Positions 7,131-17,441 of a DNA stretch of 18,456 nt are shown one piece after another. A program made the position numbers and the translations under genes. The stretch's first letter is position 1. Every line of letters starts with the position of its first letter. The DNA comes from an uncultured Candidatus Actinomarina sp. Lineage in GTDB: Bacteria; Actinomycetota; Acidimicrobiia; Actinomarinales; Actinomarinaceae. The notes beneath the pieces are model-generated. The model was not told the DNA's origin, did not search any database, and saw only the letters and a list, made by a program, of their open reading frames with translations. The stretch lies in the NCBI GenBank assembly GCA_902634185.1, contig CACPJC010000008.1, positions 1 through 18,456 on the forward strand. Direction: 5' to 3'.

Positions 7131-7829
7131 TTAGCAGCTAAGTATAGTTTCAATATTTTCACTGTTTGAGTCGATGACGGTCACTTCTCCATCGCAATTG
7201 CCCTCTTCTAGTATGTATCCGACAACGGATCCTTTTTTTGAAAGGTCAACTGGCCGACCAATATTTAGTGTGGTATTTTTGTACGATCCAGTAAGCTCAA
7301 TTCCATCATATAGTATCTTTAAATCTTGGATAGATATTTCGTACTTGTTTACTGTTAAGATTAGAGAAATTATTTCACTATAAAATCCTTCTGGTACAGG
7401 TCCATTTGTAATTGTTAAACGTGGCAATCTGTTATTTGATTCTGCGAGTTCGGTATATAAATTTTTATATAAGATGACTTCTTTTGGGTTCGTATCTCTT
7501 AGATCGCTTATTACGATAATTTTTTCATGAATAACAATATCTATAAATATAAGATTCGGTAGTTGTTTGCTTATTACTAAGCTTTCAACACTTAAATTGT
7601 CTTCATAAAATTGACCAAAATCAGATTCATCAATGAACCAAATTGATTTACCTTGAACGATGCCAAAAGAGCTGTAATTTAAGTCAATATTTTTTTCATA
7701 ATTAATATCGGTAACTGTATATTTTGAGGAAAACATTGATAAAAATGTAATGAAAGTTAAAAGAGAAAAAAACGAAAATATTGAGAAAGTCTTAAATGTT
7801 CTTTGTTCTAAATTTAGTAACTCATTCAT
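7131..7829 (-). CDS. ftsQ: Cell division protein FtsQ/DivIB (divergent)
   Basis: Single N-terminal TM helix, then POTRA-like segment ending VESLVISKQLPNLIFIDIVIHE; lies between murB and ftsZ. Confidence 0.8.
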   Translation of the reverse strand: MNELLNLEQRTFKTFSIFSFFSLLTFITFLSMFSSKYTVTDINYEKNIDLNYSSFGIVQGKSIWFIDESDFGQFYEDNLSVESLVISKQLPNLIFIDIVIHEKIIVISDLRDTNPKEVILYKNLYTELAESNNRLPRLTITNGPVPEGFYSEIISLILTVNKYEISIQDLKILYDGIELTGSYKNTTLNIGRPVDLSKKGSVVGYILEEGNCDGEVTVIDSNSENIETILSC

Positions 7830-8686
7830 TTTGTAAAGTCACCAATAAAAATAATCTCCTCTTCTAAAGTAATTCCAAATTTATTTGATACTTTATCTTT
7901 TACATATTGAACAAGATTGAATAATGATATAGCTTTTGCACCCTTTTCAGCTACAAAGAAATTAGCATGCTTTTCGCTAACGCGGACACCATCAATTTCA
8001 TAGCCTTTGAGACCAGTATTATCAATTAGTTCACCTGCATAATAATCACTAGTATTTTTAAACACACTACCTGCATTGTAAATAGCTGCTGGTTGTGATT
8101 TTTTTCTCTTCTCATTAAAATCTGATAGATTTTTATTAATTATTTTTTTATCGCCTTTTTCAACTGTAAGTGTCGCACTTAAAATTATTTTATTATCAAG
8201 ATTTTTTGATTTTCTATATGAAAAGTCTAGCTCTTCCTTTTTTAAAATTTCAATTTGAAATGTTTCCAAGTCGAAACATCTTAGATCCTTTAATAACTCA
8301 GAAAATTCCCAACCATAAGCACCAGCATTCATTTTGATTGCCCCTCCAACTGTTCCTGGAATGCCAATCAAAAACTCTCCGTTAGATAGTAAATTGTCTT
8401 TAAAGAATCTTGAAAGTTTTGGTAAGAAAACTGACGAACCTACTTTTATTTCAAAATTATCTGTTAACGTCAATTCTTCAAATTTAGGAGTAAGCACATT
8501 TCCATAAAATTCTTTGTCAGAAAATGCAACATTTGATCCCTTTCCTAAGATAACATTTTGTTTGCCTTTTATAATATTCTCTAGATCAGACAGCTCATCT
8601 TCAGATTCAATATTGATAAAGTTTTTACAAAATCCACCAAATCTATAAGTGGTTACTTCTGATAAATTTACACTATTAATATTCAT
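7826..8686 (-). CDS. murB: UDP-N-acetylenolpyruvoylglucosamine reductase (short type II-like MurB)
   Basis: TTYRFGG, LGKGSN, GIPGTVGGAIKMNAGAYG, FSYRKS, QP....NAGSVFKN, KHANF, LEEE motifs. Confidence 0.97.
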   Translation of the reverse strand: MNINSVNLSEVTTYRFGGFCKNFINIESEDELSDLENIIKGKQNVILGKGSNVAFSDKEFYGNVLTPKFEELTLTDNFEIKVGSSVFLPKLSRFFKDNLLSNGEFLIGIPGTVGGAIKMNAGAYGWEFSELLKDLRCFDLETFQIEILKKEELDFSYRKSKNLDNKIILSATLTVEKGDKKIINKNLSDFNEKRKKSQPAAIYNAGSVFKNTSDYYAGELIDNTGLKGYEIDGVRVSEKHANFFVAEKGAKAISLFNLVQYVKDKVSNKFGITLEEEIIFIGDFTK

Positions 8687-9983
8687 TTAAATATTTTAAT
8701 ATTTTTGGACCAAGTAAGGTAATATCACCAGCTCCTAGTGTTAATACTATATCTCCATTTTGTACTTTTTTGGATAAATATTCAGGTACATACCTTATCG
8801 ACTTTAAATACTTTATACTTTCTTCTTCAAAGTTTTTACTAGATATTCCTGGTATTGGAGACTCTCCAGCCGGATATATATCAGTTACAATTGCAAAATC
8901 TGCTAATTTTAGTGAGTCTTTAAATGAACTAAAGTACTCCATTGTTCTTGTATACCTGTGAGGTTGAAATACAACGTAAAGTTTACTCTTAGTTTGCTGC
9001 TTTAATGCAGTTATAGTTGCTTCCATTTCTGTAGGATGATGACCATAATCATCGTAAATTAATACACCTTTAGATATACCAATAAGTTCTATTCTTCTTT
9101 TTACACCTGCAAATGATTCAATTGCATTCAAAGAATCTTTAATTTCAATACCATTTAATAAAGCTAATATAATTGCACCTAGCATATTAGCTTTAAAGTG
9201 GTCACCAATAATGTCAGACTTGATTTCATATTTGTTATTTTCATATATAAAGGTTCCAGGACTTTGTACTTTAAAGTCAGCTGCTATATCTTTGCCATAA
9301 CTTACTGGGTTTTTTAACTCCTTCATAGATTTAATATTTAGATCATCATTATTTATAACCAAATTATCTGTTACATTTTTCATGACTTTGTAGAAAGCAT
9401 CTTTATAGTTATCAAGATTTTTAAAATAGTCTAAGTGATCACTATCAACATTTAAAACTAATAAATCGGATATCTTAATTTTTTCAAAAGTGTTAAATGC
9501 CTCGTCGGTTTCTAAAATAAGTGGCTGATCAGGATCACCATAGTGTCCACCAATTCCATTAAAGGTTGTAATCCCACCATATAAGTAAGAAACGTTTACA
9601 TTATTAAAATGAAATATGTGTGAAAGCAAAGCAGTTGTGGAAGTTTTGCCATGTGTTCCTGTTATTCCTATTATCTTATGATTTTCTGATAAATTTTTTA
9701 AATACTCTGGTCTTGACAAAACGTTCTCTTTATCGTGAAAATCTTCAAATCTATCAGATTCAATTGGTATAGCACTTGAGTAAATATAAAGACTATGAGG
9801 CTTATATGTAATTTCATCTAACGTGTGTACAACTTTTATACCATCCTGATTTAACAGATTTGTTACGTATGATTTTCTTTGATCGTAGCCAATGACATTA
9901 TCACCTTTTTGTTTTAGATACTTAGCTATAGAGCTCATACCGGAACCCCCAACACCTAAAATATAAATGTTTTTATAACTCAT
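8676..9983 (-). CDS. murC: UDP-N-acetylmuramate--L-alanine ligase
   Basis: GVGGSGMS, GTHGKTSTT P-loop, ETDE, DHLDY, GVKRR, DDYGHHPTE, FQPHRYTRT, LTLGAGDI. Confidence 0.97.
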   Translation of the reverse strand: MSYKNIYILGVGGSGMSSIAKYLKQKGDNVIGYDQRKSYVTNLLNQDGIKVVHTLDEITYKPHSLYIYSSAIPIESDRFEDFHDKENVLSRPEYLKNLSENHKIIGITGTHGKTSTTALLSHIFHFNNVNVSYLYGGITTFNGIGGHYGDPDQPLILETDEAFNTFEKIKISDLLVLNVDSDHLDYFKNLDNYKDAFYKVMKNVTDNLVINNDDLNIKSMKELKNPVSYGKDIAADFKVQSPGTFIYENNKYEIKSDIIGDHFKANMLGAIILALLNGIEIKDSLNAIESFAGVKRRIELIGISKGVLIYDDYGHHPTEMEATITALKQQTKSKLYVVFQPHRYTRTMEYFSSFKDSLKLADFAIVTDIYPAGESPIPGISSKNFEEESIKYLKSIRYVPEYLSKKVQNGDIVLTLGAGDITLLGPKILKYLNEY

Positions 9984-11011
9984 TTGTTAATTTCATCAAT
10001 GATTTTATTAACAATAGAATCATTGCCTATTTTTATGACATTATTTTTAGAGAATTCTTCAAATAAACTTTTATCAAGTTGTTCAAATTTCTTAAATTCA
10101 TATTCTAAACTTTCATAATTTGCACACAATTTAGCAAATTTTGACTTAACTAAATATTCTGCGTTCATTGACTGGTGGGTAGATGTTGTGCCATGCTTGT
10201 ATGGAATAAGTAGTAAAGGAATGTTTATTAATACTGCTTCTAATACTCCTCCTCCCGCTCTAGAGATTTGAAGGTCAATTGAAGAATAAAAATCGGTCAT
10301 ATCTTGAATAAACTCTATTTGCTTATAATTTTTGAATTTTTTTGAATTATCAAGATTATTTGGACCAACGATGTGGATTATCTTTATATTTTTTAAAGTG
10401 TTGTTGCCTAAATATTTGTATATCAAAGAGTTTATTTCTTCCGACCCTTGGCTTCCACCTTGTACTCCGATTGTTATTTCTTTATTATTAATTGATTTGT
10501 TATTTTGAATTTTTTTATCAATAATTGGTCCAGTGTTGTCTAAATTTGTTTGGTTTATATTGATTGTGTTTGGATAGGAAGTAAATTTATCACTTTTAAA
10601 ATAGGAAGCAATTTTATTACCAAGTCCAGCATAAATATTTTGTTCTTGAATAAAGAATTTTATTTTATGTCTCCAGCTCAAATACCCAGCCAGAGGTGCA
10701 ATATATGATCCAGTTGTAAATAAGATTCCACAATTCTTTAAATCTATTTTCTTTTCAATAAGCCGAATAGATTTTATTATTTTTAGGATATTTAGCATAT
10801 AACCAACCATGCCTGTCTTTGATCTATATATGTCTATTGTATGAACATCTATATCTCTATCTTTAAAATATTGATATCCTCTTTTATCTGTTACTACCTC
10901 TATTTTTCTTTTTTCTATGCCTCTTTGACGTAAATCATCAATCAAATTAATAACAGGTAATACATGTCCCCCAGTGCCAACACAAAAAAAGACTATTGTA
11001 TTTTGTTTCAT
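9980..11011 (-). CDS. murG: Lipid I N-acetylglucosaminyltransferase
   Basis: GTGGHVLP, TGSY, EQN..AG..N, GGSQG, SRAGG, HQ.MNA motifs of MurG (GT28). Confidence 0.95.
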   Translation of the reverse strand: MKQNTIVFFCVGTGGHVLPVINLIDDLRQRGIEKRKIEVVTDKRGYQYFKDRDIDVHTIDIYRSKTGMVGYMLNILKIIKSIRLIEKKIDLKNCGILFTTGSYIAPLAGYLSWRHKIKFFIQEQNIYAGLGNKIASYFKSDKFTSYPNTININQTNLDNTGPIIDKKIQNNKSINNKEITIGVQGGSQGSEEINSLIYKYLGNNTLKNIKIIHIVGPNNLDNSKKFKNYKQIEFIQDMTDFYSSIDLQISRAGGGVLEAVLINIPLLLIPYKHGTTSTHQSMNAEYLVKSKFAKLCANYESLEYEFKKFEQLDKSLFEEFSKNNVIKIGNDSIVNKIIDEINK

Positions 11012-12096
11012 AATTTTGAATAACCAATTGCTAAACCGCCGAACAAAGCCACCATGGCACTACTCCCGTAAGAAATAAATGGTAAGACAATACCTGTAAT
11101 TGGTAGTAAACCAACCGCACCTCCAAGATTAATTACAACTTGTATTAAGACCCATGCTCCTAATCCAGAAAATACAAGTTTTTTAAATTCACTTTCTGTT
11201 GATATTGCCAAGCCAAACAATGAGATAATTAAAAGGCCTAGAATAATTATAAAAATTACTAATCCTACAAATCCATATTCCTCACCAATAATGGATGCAA
11301 TAAAATCTGTATGAGAATTAGGAAGCATTCCCCACCTAGCGCGAGATGTTCCAGGTCCTAAGCCAAACATCCCTCCAGAACTTATGGCTATTCTGCTTTG
11401 ATTTAATTGAAAGCAATCACCTAATAAATCTATGCCATTATCACAATCTTTATTTATCCAGGTTAAAATTCTATTCCATCGATAGTTCCCTGAAATCGCA
11501 AGAAAATATAGTGGAACTACAGATAGAGACAAAATACCGACAGGAAACTTTAAATTAATTTTTGAGAACAAAATTTGTGCTAAAACTATTCCAAATATAG
11601 TTAGTGTTGTTCCGTAATCAGGTTGAAGATAAATAAAAAGACAACACATTAAAGGTAGGAACATTGCTCTTTTTAAATAAAATAAATCACTATATTTTGA
11701 ATCAAGGTTTGATAATTGATAAGCTATCCACAAAATAATTAATGGTTTAGCTAGTTCACTTGGTTGAAAATTGATTATTCCTAAGTCAACCCATCTTCGA
11801 CTTCCTCCTCTAACAATTCCATAAGTTAAAACAAAAAAAAGTGATGTTGTTACAAATACAATTGAAAGATTTATTAATTTTTCCTGAATTGAAATATTTA
11901 TTTTTTTCCCAATATTAAATATTACAATTCCAAGTAAAACCGCAGCAATATGTCTTTTTATAAAGTAAAAATTATCGTTATATTGATTCATTCCTTGTAC
12001 AGATGAAGCTGAAATATTCACTAAAACACCGAAGGTTACGAGAAACCATATAGAGAATAGATTCAATCTTTGAAAAAATAAATAAGAAAATCTCAA
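11008..12096 (-). CDS. ftsW: SEDS-family peptidoglycan glycosyltransferase FtsW
   Basis: Polytopic; SASS, GSRRW, FQPSELAK, QPDYGT, GG.FGLGPG, HTDFI...IGEEYG, PITGIVLPFISYGSS. TTG start overlaps the murD TGA, with AAAGGTGG upstream. Confidence 0.96.
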   Translation of the reverse strand: MRFSYLFFQRLNLFSIWFLVTFGVLVNISASSVQGMNQYNDNFYFIKRHIAAVLLGIVIFNIGKKINISIQEKLINLSIVFVTTSLFFVLTYGIVRGGSRRWVDLGIINFQPSELAKPLIILWIAYQLSNLDSKYSDLFYLKRAMFLPLMCCLFIYLQPDYGTTLTIFGIVLAQILFSKINLKFPVGILSLSVVPLYFLAISGNYRWNRILTWINKDCDNGIDLLGDCFQLNQSRIAISSGGMFGLGPGTSRARWGMLPNSHTDFIASIIGEEYGFVGLVIFIIILGLLIISLFGLAISTESEFKKLVFSGLGAWVLIQVVINLGGAVGLLPITGIVLPFISYGSSAMVALFGGLAIGYSKL

Positions 12097-13304
12097 TTTT
12101 GTCCACCTTTTAAATTCTTCACTATTGATTTAAAAAATTTTCCTCTTTCAATATAATTTTCAAAATCATTAAAACTCGAACCTCCACAAGAAAATAAAAC
12201 AGTTTCAAATCTTTGAAAATCTTTTTTTAAAATATCTTCTAATTCAAAAATTGATTTAATAACTTGTACTTCACAATGAAATAAATTGTGATCCAAATTC
12301 ATATCATTGGGAATAATTATTTTTTTTATTTCATTTGATAATTGAAGTTCACTTGTAGGAATATTTTTTGTAATTCCATGCATAATAAGTAATGCGTTTT
12401 TTACTCTTTCACTTGCTGAGGATACAGAGTGAAAATTTGTAGATTTAGAGTCATTTATAAATCTTGTTCCATTGATAATTTCAACTTTTTCAAAACGATG
12501 TTCTGTATTTGACTTATTTTTCAAAAATTTATAAGCATTTTCTTTACTGAGATTTAATTTATCAATTAATTTAATAAATGCAATAGAGGTATCAATTGGA
12601 TAATTTGATAATTTGAGATCAAACTTTTTAGTTATATCTTTGTTTGATTTTTCTTCTGAGGGAATTCCTATTATATTTTCAAGTTTTACCCTAGATACTG
12701 TATTTGTTCCAATAATAAGATTATTTTTTGATTTCAAAAATGACAATAATTTCATTTTTGAACTTTTATATTCTTCAAGGTCCTTATGCCAATCAAGATG
12801 ATCGGAGTGAAAATTTAAAAATACACCAAAGTCTAATTTTAAATTTTTTGAATAAAAAAGTTGAAAACTTGAAAGTTCAACAATTGCATAAATTTTTTCA
12901 TTTGATTCAAATTCAAGTGGTGATACACCTACATTTCCGCATGCAATAGATTCAATTCCATTTTCATTTAAAAAATTTGATAATAAATTAACAAAAGTTG
13001 TTTTACCGTTTGTTCCAGTAACGCCTATAAAAGTACCTTTGAATTCATTTGAGAATAAATCAATATCAGTAATTACTTTATTTTCAGGAAATTCTTTAAG
13101 TAATTTATGATCTGGTTTTATTCCAGGAGAGACGACTATTTGATCAACTTGGTCTAAATGTGAATCTCTAAAAACTAGTTCTTCCCCAATATCTTTTAAT
13201 AAATCTAGATTGTCATCATGAATTAAATAATCTTTAGATGTAGTGTCGAAATATTTTTTGACAGATTGACCTGTATTGCCATATCCAAGAATTAAAGACT
13301 TCAC
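12093..13304 (-). CDS. murD: UDP-N-acetylmuramoyl-L-alanine--D-glutamate ligase
   Basis: LGYGNTG, SPGI, TGTNGKTT, GNVG, ELSSFQL, DHLDWH, HRFE, NDSKSTN, S...F.NY.ERG..F; GTG start abuts the mraY stop. Confidence 0.96.
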   Translation of the reverse strand: MKSLILGYGNTGQSVKKYFDTTSKDYLIHDDNLDLLKDIGEELVFRDSHLDQVDQIVVSPGIKPDHKLLKEFPENKVITDIDLFSNEFKGTFIGVTGTNGKTTFVNLLSNFLNENGIESIACGNVGVSPLEFESNEKIYAIVELSSFQLFYSKNLKLDFGVFLNFHSDHLDWHKDLEEYKSSKMKLLSFLKSKNNLIIGTNTVSRVKLENIIGIPSEEKSNKDITKKFDLKLSNYPIDTSIAFIKLIDKLNLSKENAYKFLKNKSNTEHRFEKVEIINGTRFINDSKSTNFHSVSSASERVKNALLIMHGITKNIPTSELQLSNEIKKIIIPNDMNLDHNLFHCEVQVIKSIFELEDILKKDFQRFETVLFSCGGSSFNDFENYIERGKFFKSIVKNLKGGQN

Positions 13305-14363
13305 TTAATTTCCAAACAATACCCAGTCTCCATAAAATAGACCAAGCCCCATTACGATGAAAATTCCGTTGATTATCCAAAACCTAACAATAATAGTTGT
13401 CTCTGCCCAATTACTCATTTCAAAATGATGATGAATTGGTGTCATTTTAAAAATTCTTTTTTGTTTCAATTTATAAGAAGATACCTGAAGGATGACAGAT
13501 AAGGCCTCAAATATATAAAGGAAGCAAAAAAAGAAAATTAGTCCATCTGCACCTAGCGATATTAAAATTATCGGAAACATAGCACCAATAAAATGAGACC
13601 CTACGTCGCCCATGATTATTTTTGCAGGATTTGTATTCCACCATAAAAAACCAAGAGTAGAACCAGCTAAAGCAGATATAAGTGTAGATAGCTCAAGACC
13701 AACCATTTCATTATTCATAAAATTTATGTAATAATCTGGATGCCTAAAAATCCAAAAAGCAATAATTAAAATTCCTCCAAAAGAAACCGAGGATGAACCT
13801 GCTACAAGACCATCTAAACCATCTGTAAGATTTGTTGAATTAGTAATACCTACAATTAGAAAGACTATAAGGATCCACTTTAAAAATCCAACTTCAAAAC
13901 CAAAACCGCTGAAAAAATAAAATGTTGATGAGTAATCTAGATTGTAAAAATATAAACTTACAAAAGAACCTACCAATATTTGTAAAAATATTTTATTTCT
14001 AGCTCTAAGCCCTAAATTTCTATTTTTTCTAACTTTTAAAAGATCATCAATTAATCCAACTGAAGCCATGAGTGTACCGAATAAAAGTAGATTTAAAATT
14101 ACTGGATTAATTGATATCAATTCAATCTTAAATCCCTGACCAATTGTCCAAAAATTAATATGTGATAGAACATATCCGGCATAAGTTCCTAAAATTATAA
14201 ATACACCTCCCATTGTTGGCGTACCTTTTTTATGGTCATGAAAAACCACTTCCTCCTGAATTGGTTGACCAATATTTCTAGATTTAAAATAGTTAACTCC
14301 TATGGATGTTGACAAAATTACGAATAAGAAAGAAATTGCACCAGATACAATTATTGCAATCAA
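13305..14363 (-). CDS. mraY: Phospho-N-acetylmuramoyl-pentapeptide transferase
   Basis: KKGTPTMGG, GLIDD, NSTNLTDGLDGL, N.NPAKIIMGDVGS, EALSVILQV, PIHHHFE. TTG start with GGAGG upstream (14374-14370). Confidence 0.98.
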   Translation of the reverse strand: MIAIIVSGAISFLFVILSTSIGVNYFKSRNIGQPIQEEVVFHDHKKGTPTMGGVFIILGTYAGYVLSHINFWTIGQGFKIELISINPVILNLLLFGTLMASVGLIDDLLKVRKNRNLGLRARNKIFLQILVGSFVSLYFYNLDYSSTFYFFSGFGFEVGFLKWILIVFLIVGITNSTNLTDGLDGLVAGSSSVSFGGILIIAFWIFRHPDYYINFMNNEMVGLELSTLISALAGSTLGFLWWNTNPAKIIMGDVGSHFIGAMFPIILISLGADGLIFFFCFLYIFEALSVILQVSSYKLKQKRIFKMTPIHHHFEMSNWAETTIIVRFWIINGIFIVMGLGLFYGDWVLFGN

Positions 14364-15763
14364 ATTAAGCCTCCAATGGTCTCATTAATGAAATCGTTAT
14401 CATTAAAAGGAATATGTGAATTGTTTATTTCTTGATACATTTCATGCCCTTTACCTAATACTAATAAAACTGAGTTTTCCTTGAGCTCATTTATTGCAGA
14501 AGTTATTGCTTCTTTTCTATCAAGAATTACAGTAGTTTTAGATAAATCGCATCCTTTTAAAATATCATTTGATATCTGAATAGGATCTTCATTTCTTGGA
14601 TTATCATTCGTTACTATTACACTATCTGCTAACTGGGAAGCAGTTCCCATAAGTTTTCTTTTTTCTTTATCTCTATTACCTCCAGCCCCAAACAAAACAA
14701 CAACCTTAGAAAAATAAGGATTCACATATTTAATAACTTGGGAAATTGATTCAGGAGTGTGAGCGTAATCTACAACTATTTTATTAGTTTTGAAATTAAT
14801 CAAATCAAATCTTCCTTTTGGGTTTTTCAGATTCGAAATATTTTCTATGATTTGGTCTACATTTTTTATTTTTGAATAATATGCCATAGAAAAAGCAAGT
14901 AAAAAATTTTGATAAAAATTTGGACCAACGATATCTAATTCAAAATCGTATATTTTTTTATTAATTTCTATTTTCAAACTAGTTTTTGGGTATGTCTTTT
15001 TCTCTAATATTTGTAAATCAGCTTGAGTGTCTGAGCTTATTTTAAAAGATGGCAAAGATGAATTTTGGGCAACTTTATTACCCCATTCATTATCTATATA
15101 TACATACTTATCTGATAGCTGGTTTGAGAATAACTTTAATTTTGAATTAAAGTAATTTTCAATATTTGTATGGTAATCAAAATGATCTTGAGATAGATTT
15201 GTAAAACCTGAGGTATTAAATCTAATGCCGTTAAATCTATCTTGATCTAAAGAATGTGATGAAGCTTCAAGAATTATATTGTTGTATTTTTTAAAGTCTG
15301 ACTTTCCGAGTAATTTAAGAATATTAAATAATTTAGGTGAGGTTAAGTGTTTTTCATTTGTTATTTCAGAAAATAATTCATTTTCATTAGTTCCAATAAA
15401 TAAACTTTCCGGACCAAGCAATTCTTTAAGATAAGCTCCTGTTGTTGTTTTCCCATTTGTTCCTGTAATGCCAAAGTACTTTTTTGATTCATAGTCATTA
15501 CATAGGTAATTGTATGAATCAAGAAAAACTTCACTATAATTTTTTGCTTTAATTACTTTATCATCATTCGAACTGCAATTTAAAGATGTAATGACTAGCT
15601 TCACTTTCTTCTTTAAGGACTCATCTACATATTTGTCTAACTTATCTTTATCGTCATGATTAATAAATAGTATTGACCCTTCCTCAACATCTAATGAGCT
15701 GTTAACAAAATTTTTAATATCAATTTCAGTAAATTTAAATTCTGACAAATTAAGTTCACTCAT
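14360..15763 (-). CDS. murE: UDP-MurNAc-tripeptide synthetase (probably DAP-adding)
   Basis: GITGTNGKTTT, EASSH, FTNLSQDHFDYH, GRF, VDYAHTP, FGAGGNRD, DNPR (DAP-type specificity motif), GKGHE. Confidence 0.96.
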   Translation of the reverse strand: MSELNLSEFKFTEIDIKNFVNSSLDVEEGSILFINHDDKDKLDKYVDESLKKKVKLVITSLNCSSNDDKVIKAKNYSEVFLDSYNYLCNDYESKKYFGITGTNGKTTTGAYLKELLGPESLFIGTNENELFSEITNEKHLTSPKLFNILKLLGKSDFKKYNNIILEASSHSLDQDRFNGIRFNTSGFTNLSQDHFDYHTNIENYFNSKLKLFSNQLSDKYVYIDNEWGNKVAQNSSLPSFKISSDTQADLQILEKKTYPKTSLKIEINKKIYDFELDIVGPNFYQNFLLAFSMAYYSKIKNVDQIIENISNLKNPKGRFDLINFKTNKIVVDYAHTPESISQVIKYVNPYFSKVVVLFGAGGNRDKEKRKLMGTASQLADSVIVTNDNPRNEDPIQISNDILKGCDLSKTTVILDRKEAITSAINELKENSVLLVLGKGHEMYQEINNSHIPFNDNDFINETIGGLI

Positions 15764-15764
15764 T

Positions 15765-17441
15765 TTATTTATCCGGTACTAGGTTTCTTACAATATTCTT
15801 AAATATTGGTGCAGCTGTAGAACCACCTGTTACATACTCTGAAATCGGAGAGCCTAATGCACCCCATAAAATTACTGATCCAACTATTGGTCCTTCATTA
15901 GTCTCTATAAATCCTGTGAACGATGTATTAAAGCGTTTATCAGAGTATCCAATTCCCTCCAGATATGTCCGGCTAGTTCCTGTTTTACCACCTATTACAT
16001 AACCATTCATTCTTAAAGACTTACCTGTTCCATTGTCTCCCTCAACAACGTTAATAAGTAATTTTTTCAATCTGTTGGACAAATCATTAGAAATGATTGA
16101 TTTTTGATTTACATTCTGTTCTAAATTTCTCAATAAAGATAGTTGAATATCTTTACCACCATTTGCAATTATGCTGTATCCCTTGACCATTTGATATTGA
16201 GTTGTGTTTATAGAATAACCTATTGAGAGAGAACTAAGACAGGTTTTACATGAGTTATATTCTGTAAATGATCCTTTAGATTCTCCAGATAGCTCTACAC
16301 CTGTTCTAGAACCAAACCCAAATTTTTTCAAAAATTCCTCAACATTGTCAATATTAGAATTGTTAACAATTTTTATAGTTCCTACATTCGAAGATCTTTC
16401 TATAATTTCTTCAACAGTAAGATTTAGTGGTTCATGCTTTAAAAAATCTTTGAAGCATCCTTTATATCCTTCATAATTATCATCACATGATCCATCGATA
16501 ATTTCTATCTCATCTTCAACTAAGTATGAATTATTCTCATAAACGATATCCGATTCTATTAATGATCCTATGGTAAATATTTTAAGTGCTGAACCAGGTT
16601 CGTAGTTTGCTCTTGCACTTATAAGGTCAATATCAAAATATTTATTATCTGAAGATGATGTCTCTGAAGAAATAAGTACTTCGCCTGTTAAAGAATTTGC
16701 AAAAACAACTGAACACTTAAAAGCACCTGTATCGAGTAATGCATCGTTGCAGAGATTTTCTGACAAATATTGTAATTCAGAGTCGATAGCAAGTACTAAA
16801 TCTTCTCCATGTTGTGGTTGAATTGTCTTAATTTCGCCTTGTGGAATTATTGCTCCGTTTGGTGCTGATTCATACCTTAATTCTCCATTCTGTCCTTGAA
16901 GAAAATTATCAAAATATAGTTCAAGTCCCTCTATTCCATTTCCATCTGGATCAACTAGTCCTATTAGATTGGATGTTGATTCATCATAAACATTTCTTTT
17001 ATTTGATTGCTCTAAATGTACACCTTTATAATTCCAAGATTTAATTTTTTGACCAGTTTCAAAATCAACATTACGTTTAAGATAAAAAAAGCGAGAATTT
17101 TCTGTAATTTCATTTAAAATTTTATTCTCATCAATTCCTAATATTGGGGACAATACTTTAATGACGCCTAAATCGTTTATCTCATTTGGTCTAATCGCTA
17201 CATTGTAAGATTGGATGCTACTGGCCAGTACGTTAAAATGTTTATCATATATTGTTCCCCTTTTTGCTTCTAAAACTTCTACCCTTTCCCTGTAAGATAA
17301 CGCTTGATCTTGAAAGTGTTCAGATTCGATAAATTGTAAGGAATATACTTTTTGAATAAATAGAAATGAGCCAAACAATACAAAAGAAAATATCGTTAAA
17401 AATAAAAAATTTAATTTCAGTCTATTTCTGCTAAATCTCAT
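15765..17441 (-). CDS. ftsI: Class B penicillin-binding protein FtsI/PBP3 (transpeptidase)
   Basis: N-terminal TM, RGTIYD, GIEGLE, catalytic motifs EPGSALK (SxxK), SSN (SxN) and KTGT; no PASTA domains. Confidence 0.95.
   Translation of the reverse strand: MRFSRNRLKLNFLFLTIFSFVLFGSFLFIQKVYSLQFIESEHFQDQALSYRERVEVLEAKRGTIYDKHFNVLASSIQSYNVAIRPNEINDLGVIKVLSPILGIDENKILNEITENSRFFYLKRNVDFETGQKIKSWNYKGVHLEQSNKRNVYDESTSNLIGLVDPDGNGIEGLELYFDNFLQGQNGELRYESAPNGAIIPQGEIKTIQPQHGEDLVLAIDSELQYLSENLCNDALLDTGAFKCSVVFANSLTGEVLISSETSSSDNKYFDIDLISARANYEPGSALKIFTIGSLIESDIVYENNSYLVEDEIEIIDGSCDDNYEGYKGCFKDFLKHEPLNLTVEEIIERSSNVGTIKIVNNSNIDNVEEFLKKFGFGSRTGVELSGESKGSFTEYNSCKTCLSSLSIGYSINTTQYQMVKGYSIIANGGKDIQLSLLRNLEQNVNQKSIISNDLSNRLKKLLINVVEGDNGTGKSLRMNGYVIGGKTGTSRTYLEGIGYSDKRFNTSFTGFIETNEGPIVGSVILWGALGSPISEYVTGGSTAAPIFKNIVRNLVPDK

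Noticed and set aside
4843-17044. Short plus-strand ORFs at 4843, 5904, 6561, 7174, 8770, 11346, 12613, 12728 and 16841
   Set aside because: All lie antisense within well-supported genes. The Pro-rich 6561..6893 ORF simply mirrors the Gly codons of ftsZ.
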